A DNA stretch of 63,823 nucleotides, filler included, from an uncultured Rhodopirellula sp. (GTDB lineage: Bacteria; Planctomycetota; Planctomycetia; Pirellulales; Pirellulaceae): assembly GCA_964007735.1 (NCBI GenBank). It is 3 parts of 3 records of this genome, joined end to end, with 100 filler letters (N's around TTAATTAATTAA, not from the genome) between each part and the next. Parts side by side here need not be neighbours in the genome. Positions count along the whole stretch, not along the records: positions 22,179 to 43,855 come from CAXGAI010000063.1; 2 more parts are not named here. The stretch is one strand, 5' to 3'. The notes under the pieces are model-generated. The model saw only the letters and a program-made list of their open reading frames with translations, made no database searches and was not told the DNA's origin. Positions 29,107 to 40,059 of this stretch are shown here, piece after piece. Positions within the stretch are counted from its first letter, which is position 1. Each line of letters begins with the position of its first letter. Made by a program: the position numbers and the translations under genes.

Positions 29107-30951
29107 CTAATCTAACGGAAACTGGCTGATGTATTTCTGCCGGGATTCCTGTGCAACCTGCACAACTTCAGATAGATCTTCTTTTTTGATAACAAACCGA
29201 TCCAGGACCAAGACATCCATATTAGTACCCCTGAAGCATCGGTAAGCATCCGCTGGCGTACAAACAATTGGTTCTCCACGAATATTAAAACTTGTATTAA
29301 CGACCATCGGAGAACCTGTCTCGCGGAAGAATGCTTCAAGCAATTTCCGAAAACGAGGATTAACGCCTTCCGCAACCGACTGTACCCGAGCGGAATAATC
29401 AACATGCGTAATGGCCGGCAAAGTCGATCTCACCACTTCGCGTTTCCTGACCCCCTTAAGAGCAGCCGCTTCCGGAGACAAGGCGAGATGGTGACTTTCC
29501 TTCACGGGAGCGACAAGTAGCATATACGGGCTGGCGGAACCATTTAATTCAAAGTACTCATTGGCATGCTCTTCCAGTACGGCCGGCGCAAAAGGCCGAA
29601 ATGATTCACGAAACTTAATCTTAAGATTAATCGTCGCCTGCATTTCACGACTCCGCGCATCTCCCAAAATACTCCGAGCTCCCAGAGCACGCGGCCCGAA
29701 TTCCATCCGCCCCTGCATCCAACCGATAACATTACCAGCTTCTAACAGTCCGGCAACGCTGTCGGCCAGTTCAGCATCATCCTGACATTCCAGGTAACTC
29801 ACGCCCTCAGATTCAAGAAATGCTTTTATTTCTCCCGCTTCGTACGCAGGCCCGAGGAAGCTGCCCATTTGCATATCAGGGATAGATACCGTGCGATTAT
29901 TATCTAAGAGTTGGTACCAAATAAACTGTGCGACACCGAGTGCCCCACCAGCATCCCCGGAGGCCGGTTGAATCCATAGATCACTGAATGAACCTTCGCG
30001 GAGTATCCGCCCGTTCCCCACACAATTCAGGGCAACACCACCGGCCAAACACAATTTATCCTGTTTGGTAACCCGCTGAGCGAACTCAACGACTTTCAGC
30101 ATCACTTCTTCCGTTACATGTTGGATCGAAGCAGCAAGGTCCATATACTTTTGATCCATTTCCCCTTCTGCCTGACGAGGCGGCAAACCAAAAAGCTTAT
30201 GAAACTTCTCACTTGTCATTGTCAATCCCTGACAATAATTAAAGTAAGACATGTCAAGACGAAACGATCCGTCAGATTTGATATCAATGAGATGATCTCG
30301 AATAAGGTCGGCATAGATGGGCTCGCCGTAGGGAGCAAGTCCCATCAGTTTGTACTCACCAGAATTCACACGGAAGCCACAGTAATAGGTGAATGCCGAA
30401 TAAAGCAAGCCGATGGAATGGGGAAAATGCAACTCGTGGGTAAGACGGATTTTATTACCTTCCCCAATTCCAATGGAAGCGGTCGCCCATTCACCAACAC
30501 CATCGAGCGTGACAATAGCGGCTGATTCAAAGGGGGAGGGGAAAAAAGCGCTGGCGGCATGAGATTCATGATGTTCCGTAAAAACAATTCGCTTTTTGTA
30601 CTGACCTCCCAGTCCCTTACGAATTTCACGTGGCAAATGTAACTTCTGCCTCAGCCATAACGGCATTGCCTTCGAAAAAGATTGAAAACCGGAAGGAGCG
30701 TAGGAGAGATAAGTCTCTAGCAACCGCTCAAACTTCATAAAGGGTTTGTCGTAGAAACCGACATAATCAATTTCTCCGGCTGTCATTCCTGCCTCCTGCA
30801 GGCAGTACTTAATCGCTTGCGCAGGAAAGCCAGGATCATGTTTCTTCCTGGTAAAACGTTCTTCCTGTGCAGCAGCAATAACCTGCCCATCGACAACCAG
30901 TGCAGCAGCCGAATCGTGATAAAAAGCAGATAATCCAAGAACCGTCGTCAC
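29107..30951 (-). CDS. O-carbamoyltransferase (NodU/CmcH family, SxtI-like)
   Basis: LSAFYHDSAAA, AQEERFTRKKH, EHHESHAASAF, EYKLMGLAPYG, GGVALNC, EFGPRALGARS, KFRESFRPFAP, NTSFN. Likely GTG start at 30951. Confidence 0.95.
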   Translation of the reverse strand: MTTVLGLSAFYHDSAAALVVDGQVIAAAQEERFTRKKHDPGFPAQAIKYCLQEAGMTAGEIDYVGFYDKPFMKFERLLETYLSYAPSGFQSFSKAMPLWLRQKLHLPREIRKGLGGQYKKRIVFTEHHESHAASAFFPSPFESAAIVTLDGVGEWATASIGIGEGNKIRLTHELHFPHSIGLLYSAFTYYCGFRVNSGEYKLMGLAPYGEPIYADLIRDHLIDIKSDGSFRLDMSYFNYCQGLTMTSEKFHKLFGLPPRQAEGEMDQKYMDLAASIQHVTEEVMLKVVEFAQRVTKQDKLCLAGGVALNCVGNGRILREGSFSDLWIQPASGDAGGALGVAQFIWYQLLDNNRTVSIPDMQMGSFLGPAYEAGEIKAFLESEGVSYLECQDDAELADSVAGLLEAGNVIGWMQGRMEFGPRALGARSILGDARSREMQATINLKIKFRESFRPFAPAVLEEHANEYFELNGSASPYMLLVAPVKESHHLALSPEAAALKGVRKREVVRSTLPAITHVDYSARVQSVAEGVNPRFRKLLEAFFRETGSPMVVNTSFNIRGEPIVCTPADAYRCFRGTNMDVLVLDRFVIKKEDLSEVVQVAQESRQKYISQFPLD

Positions 30952-31177
30952 TGCCAGAAATCTCGCTAAAGAGTAAGCAAATAGAAACAAGTAAACATCA
31001 ACCTACCTCTGAATTCGGCAATTCTAGCGATACCAAGACACGGTACCCTGTGTGCATTACGTAAACGTATGCAAAAGCGTTCTAATTGTACCGTCTACAA
31101 CAGTTAAAACAGTGAGGGAAGGACCCATAAGTGACCGTTAAATCCACTTACCAAGTCGTTCCCTAAGGAACCAAAGC

Positions 31178-31987
31178 CTAACCTGGCAGAAAATCGGTAA
31201 TCCGCTTCATGGACTCGTCTGTGACAATTAAAACCTGCAGGGTGCCTACTCGAACCAGTGCCACTGCAAACGGCCCGGAGATCTGCAGGACTTCAAACTG
31301 CGGTTCTGATACAAAGGACGCATTTTGCTCCAGCACAAACACAACCACCTTTCCATTGCGAGGCGACGAGAAGTCCACTGCTAACGGACCGTTACCAACG
31401 GTCGTATGCCTTGCCTTCATTCCTAACGGAAAATGTTGATTTAGTGTTTCAACAACCCCCTCAATGTCACCGTCCACCTCTTGCCAGGATTCTTTCTGAT
31501 CCAACTCAGCTACCCAGGGTTCAATCGACTGTTGCACCTGAGCAAACTCAACATCCGATGACGGATCAGAAGCAACAAATGGCCAGAGTGCCATTCCAAA
31601 GATCATCAAAGCCATTACCACGACAATCCGCATCGACTGCCGCCGACGCACCTCCACGGGAGAATTCCCATGCACCTGAACCAACTTAGGCCGAACGAGA
31701 CGGTCTCCGTCCAATTCCTCAGCGGCCCGACCCAATGCATCGAGAATTCGCGATGACGAATCTTCCGGCACTGGGATCTCAGCCATTGCTTGTGAAATAT
31801 ATTGATCTAACTTGCGGCTTTGCACCAACTTCTGAGCAAACGCGTCGGCCTCGGCAGCATCTGTAACTAACAGCTCATACAACAAACGCAGCTCTTCAGG
31901 CCATTGATGCAGCGAACGATCTAAATCAGCATCGCTCCCCCGATACTCCACGAGTTCCAACAAATCTTCTTTAGACAACCGTTCCAT
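31178..31987 (-). CDS. Single-pass membrane protein, putative anti-sigma factor
   Basis: Immediately downstream of the ECF sigma gene; cytoplasmic N-domain with IPVPE, RRR plus one TM helix, periplasmic C-domain. Confidence 0.65.
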   Translation of the reverse strand: MERLSKEDLLELVEYRGSDADLDRSLHQWPEELRLLYELLVTDAAEADAFAQKLVQSRKLDQYISQAMAEIPVPEDSSSRILDALGRAAEELDGDRLVRPKLVQVHGNSPVEVRRRQSMRIVVVMALMIFGMALWPFVASDPSSDVEFAQVQQSIEPWVAELDQKESWQEVDGDIEGVVETLNQHFPLGMKARHTTVGNGPLAVDFSSPRNGKVVVFVLEQNASFVSEPQFEVLQISGPFAVALVRVGTLQVLIVTDESMKRITDFLPG

Positions 31988-31997
31988 TATCAATCTC

Positions 31998-32609
31998 TTA
32001 TTGATCGTTCTGTTTTTTCAATGCAATCAATTTGCTTTTCAACATTTTCTTTGCCCTGGACAACCGGCTCATCACCGTGCCCATCGGGATTTCCAACTGC
32101 TCGGCAATCTCGCGATAGCTTTCCTGCTGCAAGTAGTGCATAACCACAACGATTCGAAACTGCTCCGGCATCTCAAGTAATGCATTTTGCAGACGTGCGG
32201 AATCCACAGATGGGTCCAGATTGGCATTTGGCAACTGAGCACCATCCAATTCGGCATCCGTAAAAACCCATGCCCTGCGTTTACGCAGATCACCCAAAAA
32301 CGTTGTTCTGGCAATCGCTAACAACCATGACTTCGCTTTTTTGGCATCTTTGAGTTGTTCCAACCGCTCAAAAGCTTTCAAAAAAGTCGATTGCACTATA
32401 TCTTCGGACCAATCGCCGTCACCGGTCAATCGATAGGCGAAGCGATAAATATCATCGTGAAATCGCTCCACGTACTCAGTAACAATCCGTTGACGTTCCG
32501 CCCCGACCAAAGAGACATTGACAGACTCCAGGCCTGAATCCGAGGGAGGATTCCCGGTCCTCTGAGGAGTCTCGAGCATCGCTTCGATTGAAGTCATCGC
32601 CTGTTTCAC
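31998..32609 (-). CDS. ECF (sigma-70 group 4) RNA polymerase sigma factor
   Basis: IYRFAYRLTG, SEDIVQSTFLKAF, KSWLLAIAR, SYREIAEQLEIPMGTVMSRLSRAK. Start uncertain. Confidence 0.93.
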   Translation of the reverse strand: MKQAMTSIEAMLETPQRTGNPPSDSGLESVNVSLVGAERQRIVTEYVERFHDDIYRFAYRLTGDGDWSEDIVQSTFLKAFERLEQLKDAKKAKSWLLAIARTTFLGDLRKRRAWVFTDAELDGAQLPNANLDPSVDSARLQNALLEMPEQFRIVVVMHYLQQESYREIAEQLEIPMGTVMSRLSRAKKMLKSKLIALKKQNDQ

Positions 32610-32715
32610 AATTTACCGACGTTATCTGTGTTAATAATAGGATGCAAAAGCGTGTGAAATTATTCCCAAATTCCCGCAAAAACAATCGTTTAGAAATTCC
32701 CTTGGATTCTGGCTG

Positions 32716-34818
32716 TTATAGACTGCGTTTGGGCCGCGGAACTTTACCCCCTGGCTTCGGATCACCAGAACGAGCAGCTTGTTTTTTCCTTCGTCGCGTG
32801 TTCTTGTCATACGATTTCACGTCGACTTCATCCAACGCTTTCCCAATCGAATCCTGCAATTGCATAATACGATCCCGTAAAGCTGCTGCACGTTCAAATT
32901 CCATTTGCTCAGCAGCGGACATCATTTCTTTTTCTAATTCGTTGATATATTCCTGAGTGATATAGACCTGCTCATCGGTTCGCCCCACAGCCACATTCGC
33001 TTCACGATGTGCATTGGCTTCACCTTCGATACCGTCATTGATTTTCTTTTCCACTGAACGGGGCGTAATTCCATGTTCTTTATTGTAGGCTTCCTGAATT
33101 GCACGACGCCGTAAAGTTTCATCAATGGCAGCCTGCAAAGAATCCGTCATTTTATCGGCATATAAAATGACCTTCGCATTCACATTTCTCGCCGCACGTC
33201 CAATCGTCTGAATCAGGGACGTTTCACTCCGCAAGAATCCCTCTTTGTCGGCGTCCAAAATGGCAACCATAGATACTTCCGGAAGGTCCAAACCTTCTCG
33301 CAGAAGATTTACACCAATCAACGCGTCAAACTTACCTTCACGTAGCTCCTTGAGAAGCTCGACTCGCTCAAAGGCATCTAATTCTGAATGCAGCCATCTG
33401 GCGGCAATACCTTTTTCAACCAGATACTGAGAGAGATCCTCTGCCATCTTCTTCGTCAAAGTGGTTACGAGGACACGTTCCCCCGCTTCAGCACGCTCGC
33501 GAATCTGTTCCAGTAGGTGAGGAACCTGGCCAGTTGCCGGAACAACTTCCACTTCCGGATCAAGCAATCCCGTCGGCCGAATAATCTGCTCAACGACTTC
33601 CCCTCCTGTCTTTTCAAGTTCGTAGTTCCCGGGAGTCGCAGAAACGTAGATTACCGTATTGTTTTTGGACTCCCACTCTTCGAACGTCATAGGGCGGTTA
33701 TCCAAAGCGCTGGGCAAACGAAAACCATGTTCCACCAGCGTCGTTTTCCGACTGCGGTCGCCTGCCCACATTGCACGAATTTGAGGCACCGTCACATGGG
33801 ACTCATCTATCACAAGCATGAAGTCTTCCGGGAAGAAATCGTACAAAGTATCTGGCGGTTGCCCCGGCTTACGACCTGACAAATGCCTGGAGTAGTTTTC
33901 GACGCCGGAACAATAACCCACTTCCTGTAACATTTCCATATCGTAACGAGTTCGGGCATTGAGCCGCTGTGCCTCCAACAGCTTCCCTTCTTTCTTGAAG
34001 TGCTCTAGCTGATCTCGCAATTCATTTCGGATGGCTCGCACTGCTGCTTCGATGCGCTGCTCTGGCATGACAAAGTGCTTGGCTGGATAGACAAAGACCT
34101 GTTCCAGTCGTTGTATTGTTTCACCACTAACCGGATTAATAATGGAAAGCTGATCGATCTCATCTCCCCAAAACTCAACGCGAAAAGCGAATTCTTCGTA
34201 ACTTGGCCAAATCTCCACACAATCACCGCGAACTCGAAACTTCGAACGTGCAAACTCCACATCGTTCCGTTCATATTGAATATCAACGAGTTTCATCAAC
34301 ATTTGATCGCGGTCGATTTCCTGGCCTTTGGTAAGCCCCACCATCATCGTCTTGTAATCCTCAGGGGATCCCAATCCGTAAATACTGGAAACACTTGCGA
34401 TGATAATCACGTCACTGCGACTCACCAAGGCACTGGTGGAGGCTAACCGCAGACGATCAATTTCATCATTGATCGATGCGTCCTTTTCGATGTAAATATC
34501 CCGCTGAGGAATATAAGCCTCCGGCTGATAGTAGTCGTAGTAGCTCACAAAGTAATGCACCGCATTGGTCGGGAAGAACGCCTTGAATTCAGAGTACAGT
34601 TGAGCAGCCAGCGTTTTATTGTGCGAGATAACAAGTGTTGGCTTTTGGATCTCCTGAATCACGTTCGCCATCGTGAAAGTCTTCCCTGAACCAGTCACTC
34701 CCATTAAAGTCTGTAGGTTTTGGCCGTCGTGAATGCCGCGTACAAGCTGTTCGATCGCCTGAGGTTGATCACCAGCCGGCTCAAATGGGCTTTCTAATTG
34801 AAATTCGCGATTTTGCAT
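32716..34818 (-). CDS. uvrB: Excinuclease ABC subunit B
   Basis: [56 protein letters not shown]. Start placed at ATG 34818. Confidence 0.98.
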   Translation of the reverse strand: MQNREFQLESPFEPAGDQPQAIEQLVRGIHDGQNLQTLMGVTGSGKTFTMANVIQEIQKPTLVISHNKTLAAQLYSEFKAFFPTNAVHYFVSYYDYYQPEAYIPQRDIYIEKDASINDEIDRLRLASTSALVSRSDVIIIASVSSIYGLGSPEDYKTMMVGLTKGQEIDRDQMLMKLVDIQYERNDVEFARSKFRVRGDCVEIWPSYEEFAFRVEFWGDEIDQLSIINPVSGETIQRLEQVFVYPAKHFVMPEQRIEAAVRAIRNELRDQLEHFKKEGKLLEAQRLNARTRYDMEMLQEVGYCSGVENYSRHLSGRKPGQPPDTLYDFFPEDFMLVIDESHVTVPQIRAMWAGDRSRKTTLVEHGFRLPSALDNRPMTFEEWESKNNTVIYVSATPGNYELEKTGGEVVEQIIRPTGLLDPEVEVVPATGQVPHLLEQIRERAEAGERVLVTTLTKKMAEDLSQYLVEKGIAARWLHSELDAFERVELLKELREGKFDALIGVNLLREGLDLPEVSMVAILDADKEGFLRSETSLIQTIGRAARNVNAKVILYADKMTDSLQAAIDETLRRRAIQEAYNKEHGITPRSVEKKINDGIEGEANAHREANVAVGRTDEQVYITQEYINELEKEMMSAAEQMEFERAAALRDRIMQLQDSIGKALDEVDVKSYDKNTRRRKKQAARSGDPKPGGKVPRPKRSL

Positions 34819-34996
34819 GGAATGTTGTCGTCCTGTCCAGACAAAGAGACCCTCTACCAACGCGCCATTGTAGCAAAACTAATCGCGTTTCCACATTTGC
34901 GTTACGCAGCAATCGTCAAACTTTATCTAAACAGAACAACTGGCAATTTCCCTATAAGGCAAGCTGAAACCAAACCAACACGCCGAAAATGAGAGC

Positions 34997-35233
34997 ATGT
35001 CAAAATCATCTCTGCAACAAGCCAGCGACGTCGTCGAGTCCGCGAATCAGCGAGAAAGTGCGGCTGCTGTTCTACTTAAAGAACTAGATGAACGGCAGGA
35101 ATCCGTACTGCGGGAACTTGACGATCTTAATCATAACATTGAAGATCTGATCGAATCGTGGCAAGTTCAGAACAAACAAGAGCCGGAACAAGAATTGCTC
35201 CCGGACGATACCAGCGTAAAAAACACAGCGTAA
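34997..35233 (+). CDS. Small acidic coiled-coil hypothetical protein
   Basis: LLKELDERQESVLRELDDLNHNIEDLI heptad pattern; fills the gap between uvrB and nadC. Confidence 0.7.
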   Translation: MSKSSLQQASDVVESANQRESAAAVLLKELDERQESVLRELDDLNHNIEDLIESWQVQNKQEPEQELLPDDTSVKNTA

Positions 35234-35292
35234 TTGCCTACCACGTAATTGCCTAGCTAAAGCACCAGCTTTCAAGCCCGAAAGAGCACGGA

Positions 35293-36222
35293 CTACAGCC
35301 AGTCTAGCCCCAGATCAAGATTGATTGCCGAATGAGTAAGTGCCCCAACACTCACTCGATCAATTCCGGTCCTGCCAATTTCGGTTAAGGTTTCTGAGGT
35401 CACGCCACCCGAAGCTTCTAACTGCGTTTCAACACTTAGATCATTACGCATCTGGACTGCTTGCCGTAATTCCTCCAAGGACATGTTATCAAGTAAGACA
35501 ATGTCGGGGTTGCAGGGGAGGGCAATCGCCAACTGCTCCAGCGTATCAACTTCAATTTCCACAGGCATATTTAAAACATAGTCAGGGCCCAAATTCTCGA
35601 CGAACTGTCGGGCCTTTTTCAAAACGTCTACGATGGCATCTTGCAAATCTTCTATCTCATTTCGCTGAGCGTTCGCAGCCAGATGATTATCTTTGATGAG
35701 GATCGCATCAAACAAACCCGTTCGATGATTCCGACCACCGCCACATCCAACAGCATATTTATCCAGTCGTCTCCAACCGGGCACTGTCTTTCGGGTGTCA
35801 TAGACGTGAGCATTCGTCCCTTCCAGCAGTCTGACATAAACAGCCGTCTGAGTAGCCACACCACACAATCTCCCCAGAAAGTTCAATATCGTACGCTCCG
35901 CAGTCAAAAGATCTCTTGATAAGCCACCAAGAGTACACAACACTGTTCCTGGCTCGAGTTCATCTCCGTCAGCGACATGAAGTTCGACAGTGAAAGGTAT
36001 GTTCATTTCTTCAAACACCGCTGCCACAATCCCAATGCCCGCCACAATGCCAGCCTGGCGGGCAACAATCGTCGCCTTACTCGTTCGTTCATCCCCCACC
36101 GTGGCCATGGTTGTCCAATCCTGCTGATTGGACAAATCTTCTCGCACGGCCAGTCGAATCAGGTGACGTGCATCCTCAAGAGTCGGGCCATCCCAAGCCA
36201 ACTGTGTAAACGTATTAACCAT
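35293..36222 (-). CDS. nadC: Nicotinate-nucleotide pyrophosphorylase (carboxylating)
   Basis: AERTILN, DTRKT, NHRTGL, LIKDNH, EIEVD, LLDNM, EASGG, SVGALTHSA. Confidence 0.97.
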   Translation of the reverse strand: MVNTFTQLAWDGPTLEDARHLIRLAVREDLSNQQDWTTMATVGDERTSKATIVARQAGIVAGIGIVAAVFEEMNIPFTVELHVADGDELEPGTVLCTLGGLSRDLLTAERTILNFLGRLCGVATQTAVYVRLLEGTNAHVYDTRKTVPGWRRLDKYAVGCGGGRNHRTGLFDAILIKDNHLAANAQRNEIEDLQDAIVDVLKKARQFVENLGPDYVLNMPVEIEVDTLEQLAIALPCNPDIVLLDNMSLEELRQAVQMRNDLSVETQLEASGGVTSETLTEIGRTGIDRVSVGALTHSAINLDLGLDWL

Positions 36223-36330
36223 CTGTCAGTCCGGTGTCTTAAATGTAGTTGAAATTATCTGTGGCAAACCCACAATGATAACCAGTCGTATTTTGGCACG
36301 AGATTCCCCTAACCTCAATGACCTATCGCT

Positions 36331-36687
36331 ATGGCTGCTTCCTCCAAACACAACCAGTACTTACTGCTCTTCGTGTGTATCTTTACTCCATTGCTATACT
36401 TTCACCGGAGTAAACTTAGCACCCAACACATCCGCTGGGACGGGCATCTCCCCGTAAATCAACGCACCGTCACTCCCCACTGGGGTTTTCATATTGCTAT
36501 AAATAGTGCCGATGAATGTGAACTTGCCTTGCTGGAAAATATTGGCCCCACCTTAGCCAACAGCATCATTCAGACACGACAGCAATTACCACAGCAGAAG
36601 TTCCAAAGCGTTGAGCAATTACTGTACGTGAAAGGAGTAGGCACAAAAACTCTAGCGAAACTTCGTCAACATATCGTATGTGATTAA
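36331..36687 (+). CDS. ComEA-type helix-hairpin-helix DNA-binding protein
   Basis: N-terminal TM; INSADECELALLENIGPTLA and VKGVGTKTL HhH motifs. Confidence 0.85.
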   Translation: MAASSKHNQYLLLFVCIFTPLLYFHRSKLSTQHIRWDGHLPVNQRTVTPHWGFHIAINSADECELALLENIGPTLANSIIQTRQQLPQQKFQSVEQLLYVKGVGTKTLAKLRQHIVCD

Positions 36688-36693
36688 TACAGC

Positions 36694-38511
36694 TTAGCTT
36701 TTAGCCTTACGGGCTTCACGTCGGCGGTCAGATTCTTTAAGCAGTATTTTCCTTAAGCGAATCGTCTCAGGAGTAATTTCGACCAATTCACCTTCCTCGA
36801 TGTACTCAAGTGCCGCTTCCAGTGACATAATCCTGGGAGGCTTCAATAAAATATTATCATCGCTGCCAGCAGCACGGATATTGGTTAGCTTTTTACCTTT
36901 TGTCGGATTAACGTCCATGTCGTTATCGCGTGAATTCTCACCCACAATCATTCCTTCATAGACTTCATCACCAGGACCGATAAAGAGTTCACTACGTTGT
37001 TGCAGCCCATCCAGAGAAAAGGCTAAAGCTTTTCCACTTACCTTGGAAATCAGCACGCCCTGAGGACGACGAGGGATCTCACCATCCACGACACCATACT
37101 TTGAGAACCGATGATTCATGACTGCCGTGCCCTGAGTCGCATTTAACATTCGAGTCCTTAAGCCAATCAATCCCCGCGACGGAATCTGAAACGTTGCCAT
37201 CGTGTAATCACCACGGTTCTCCATTACATCAAGTAATCCGCGACGCTCGCCAACCAACTCCATGACCGAGCCAAAGCGGTCAGTAGGGACCTCCACCACA
37301 AGCGTTTCAAAAGGTTCTTCGGTTTGCCCGGATTCATTTTGGCGAGTGATCACTGTTGGCTTCCCAACAGACAACTCGAATCCTTCTCGCCGCATATTCT
37401 CAATCAACACTGACAAGTGAAGTACGCCACGCCCTGAAACAGCAAAGCCATCTCCTAATTCGCTGGGTCGCACGCGTAAAGCGACATTCCTTTCCAACTC
37501 TTTGTAAAGACGTTCCTTTAATTGACGCGACGTCACATATTTTCCTTCACGACCAACTAACGGGGAGGAATTGATCGTGAAAAGCATTTCCAGCGTTGGT
37601 TCATCCACGTTCACTCGCTCAAGCGGAACCGGACTTCCAACCGCACAAACGGTGTCCCCAATCTCAACATTATCCAAGCCGGTAATTGCCACCACCTCAC
37701 CAGCACTAGCCGATTCAACCTCCTGACGACCAAGGTTTTCGAAAACATGCAAACCTCCAACCCGGCATTGCGTGACAACATCGTCTGCCTGACACAACGC
37801 TATCGGCTGACCCACGCTTATCTCCCCGGCTTGAATGCAACCAACGGCAATACGACCAACGTATTCGGACCAATCCAACGTGGTGACCAACATTCGTAAA
37901 GAGCCGGACTCATCAATATCGGGACCAGGGATTTCATCCACAACCTTGTCCAGCAGACATGTCATATCCTCTGTTCTGACCGCGTGATCCAACGTGGCAT
38001 ACCCCTCTTTTGCACTCGCAAATACAAACGAGAAATGATCCAAAAAGTGGTCGCCTCCAAGTGTTGTAAGCAACTCCAAAGCTTCATCCACCACTTCGTC
38101 ACAACGCGCATCGGGACGGTCGATCTTATTAATGACAACGATCGGTTTGAGCCCTGCATCGAGTGCCTTGGAAAGAACAAACCGGGTTTGTGGCATCACA
38201 CCTTCCGCAGCATCCAGAAGCAACAGCGCGCCATCAGCCATCCCGACCACTCGCTCAACTTCACCTCCAAAATCAGCGTGACCGGGAGTATCGATAATAT
38301 TGATCTTCACATCGCGATAAGGCAACGCAATATTTTTCGATAGAATCGTGATTCCCCGTTCTCTTTCGAGATCATTGCTATCAAGGATCCGCTCTCCCTG
38401 CAATTGCGCATCGCGAAACTGCCCACTTTGCCTGAGCATACAGTCGACTAATGTCGTTTTCCCATGATCAACATGAGCGATGATTACGATGTTTCGAATG
38501 TCCGTTCTCAC
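36694..38511 (-). CDS. typA: Translational GTPase TypA/BipA
   Basis: IAHVDHGKTT, ERERGITI, DTPGHADFGGEVER, GRGVLHL, VYEGMIVGE, KKLTNIRAAG. Confidence 0.98.
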   Translation of the reverse strand: MRTDIRNIVIIAHVDHGKTTLVDCMLRQSGQFRDAQLQGERILDSNDLERERGITILSKNIALPYRDVKINIIDTPGHADFGGEVERVVGMADGALLLLDAAEGVMPQTRFVLSKALDAGLKPIVVINKIDRPDARCDEVVDEALELLTTLGGDHFLDHFSFVFASAKEGYATLDHAVRTEDMTCLLDKVVDEIPGPDIDESGSLRMLVTTLDWSEYVGRIAVGCIQAGEISVGQPIALCQADDVVTQCRVGGLHVFENLGRQEVESASAGEVVAITGLDNVEIGDTVCAVGSPVPLERVNVDEPTLEMLFTINSSPLVGREGKYVTSRQLKERLYKELERNVALRVRPSELGDGFAVSGRGVLHLSVLIENMRREGFELSVGKPTVITRQNESGQTEEPFETLVVEVPTDRFGSVMELVGERRGLLDVMENRGDYTMATFQIPSRGLIGLRTRMLNATQGTAVMNHRFSKYGVVDGEIPRRPQGVLISKVSGKALAFSLDGLQQRSELFIGPGDEVYEGMIVGENSRDNDMDVNPTKGKKLTNIRAAGSDDNILLKPPRIMSLEAALEYIEEGELVEITPETIRLRKILLKESDRRREARKAKS

Positions 38512-38638
38512 GGGGTGCCACCAACGATTGAGCTAATACGACAAGGGAAGTGCAGGGTAGTGAAAGAGACAGTTTAGTCACGGACTAGAAAGTCGTAAAT
38601 GCCGTTAGACTCAGACAAGGTGGCTCAGATCCGGAAAA

Positions 38639-39922
38639 CTACTTGCCAATCGCATAAAGTGCATTGAAGGTTCGCAGATAAATGCGTTTACCGGCAATCG
38701 CAGGCGAAGCTGAAAGTGGCTCTTCCAGACTATTCTGGCTGATCAGTTCAAACTCTTTTCCTGGTTTACAAACACTCACAACCCCATTACGGCCCGAAAG
38801 AAAAATCTTCCCGTCTGCGTAAACCGGGGACGCGCGGTGACGATCACGATTAGTTCGAGCTTCATAAAATTGCTCACCTGTTTTCTCATCCAAGGCGATT
38901 AAATTTCCATTTTCCCGGCAAAGATAAACAATCCCATTAAGAATCAGGGGACTGGGGACGTCCGGTGTAATACTGAACTTCCATAAGTGAAAATCGGTTT
39001 GCTCGGTCAGATTGCCTTTACCGCCCGGCTTAAGCGCAAGTGTGATCCCGCGTTTCGCTGAAGGGACAATAATGATCCCCGGAGCAACCGCTGGTGAAGA
39101 AACAAATCGCAGCGTCGGATCATAACCAGCCGGTGGATGCAACCCACCACAACGCCAAAGTTCGTCGCCGGTTTCTAAATCATGGGCAACGATGTAGTCG
39201 GCACCATGCGTAAGTAGGAATTCCTGCTCCGTGTCACGGTACAACACCGGCGAGGCATACGAATGTTCGTTCTCTGAATGGGCTTCACTTGGCCGCCCCG
39301 TCTTCCAAACGGTTTTGCCGGTGGCTTTATCAAGACAGGCAATCGTTGCTTCACGTGTCTTGGCATTCCCTTCCCCATGAATTAATTGCAGATAAAGGCG
39401 GTCTCCGTCCAGGATAGGTGTCGAAGTCATTCCAAAGGCAATCTTAAATTGCCCAAAGCGCTCCTGCAGATTAACGTTCCAGACAATCTTTCCCTGATAA
39501 TCCACACACGCCAACGATCCATTTGAGAAATTCACCCATACATGTTTACCATCGGTCGAGGGTGATGGAGAGGCCGCATTACCTTCATCGCCTCGAACGA
39601 CTTTATCACCTTCACTAATTTTCGTTTGCCATTTGATTTTCCCCGCTTTGGTATCAACGGCAACAAGCACCAAGTCATCTCCTGACGTACTGGTAATAAA
39701 AGCCATGTCCCCCCAAAGACAGGGAGTTGCGCCACCGGGACCGGGCAATTCCACTCGCCACGCTACGTTCTCCGTCTTACTCCATGTCGCCGGCAACCCT
39801 TTGGCTGATGAAATTCCGTTGCTTTGAGGACCACGCCATTGAGGCCAGTCCTGTCCGTAAGCGGTAGCAGCGATAAGAACAGCACTTAGTGCCAAAAATG
39901 AATTCAATCGATTTTGCATCAT
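38639..39922 (-). CDS. PQQ-binding-like beta-propeller protein
   Basis: Signal peptide, DWPQWRGP, ASPSPSTDG, HSYASPV, PDVPSPL. Confidence 0.9.
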   Translation of the reverse strand: MMQNRLNSFLALSAVLIAATAYGQDWPQWRGPQSNGISSAKGLPATWSKTENVAWRVELPGPGGATPCLWGDMAFITSTSGDDLVLVAVDTKAGKIKWQTKISEGDKVVRGDEGNAASPSPSTDGKHVWVNFSNGSLACVDYQGKIVWNVNLQERFGQFKIAFGMTSTPILDGDRLYLQLIHGEGNAKTREATIACLDKATGKTVWKTGRPSEAHSENEHSYASPVLYRDTEQEFLLTHGADYIVAHDLETGDELWRCGGLHPPAGYDPTLRFVSSPAVAPGIIIVPSAKRGITLALKPGGKGNLTEQTDFHLWKFSITPDVPSPLILNGIVYLCRENGNLIALDEKTGEQFYEARTNRDRHRASPVYADGKIFLSGRNGVVSVCKPGKEFELISQNSLEEPLSASPAIAGKRIYLRTFNALYAIGK

Positions 39923-40059
39923 TCACTCCGAGTAATATCTTCTAAAACTGTCAGGCTTGCCTTTGAAATAACTAATTCAGTCCTCTTGGGAGGAGTGTTA
40001 CATTCTAACGCAAAGCAACATGTTTATTAAGCAAACAGAAACAACATAACGAGAACACT

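Noticed and set aside
28442..30951. Saxitoxin biosynthesis
   Set aside because: Only sxtI/J/K-like genes are present. There is no sxtA, sxtG or other core gene, and such triads occur outside toxin producers.
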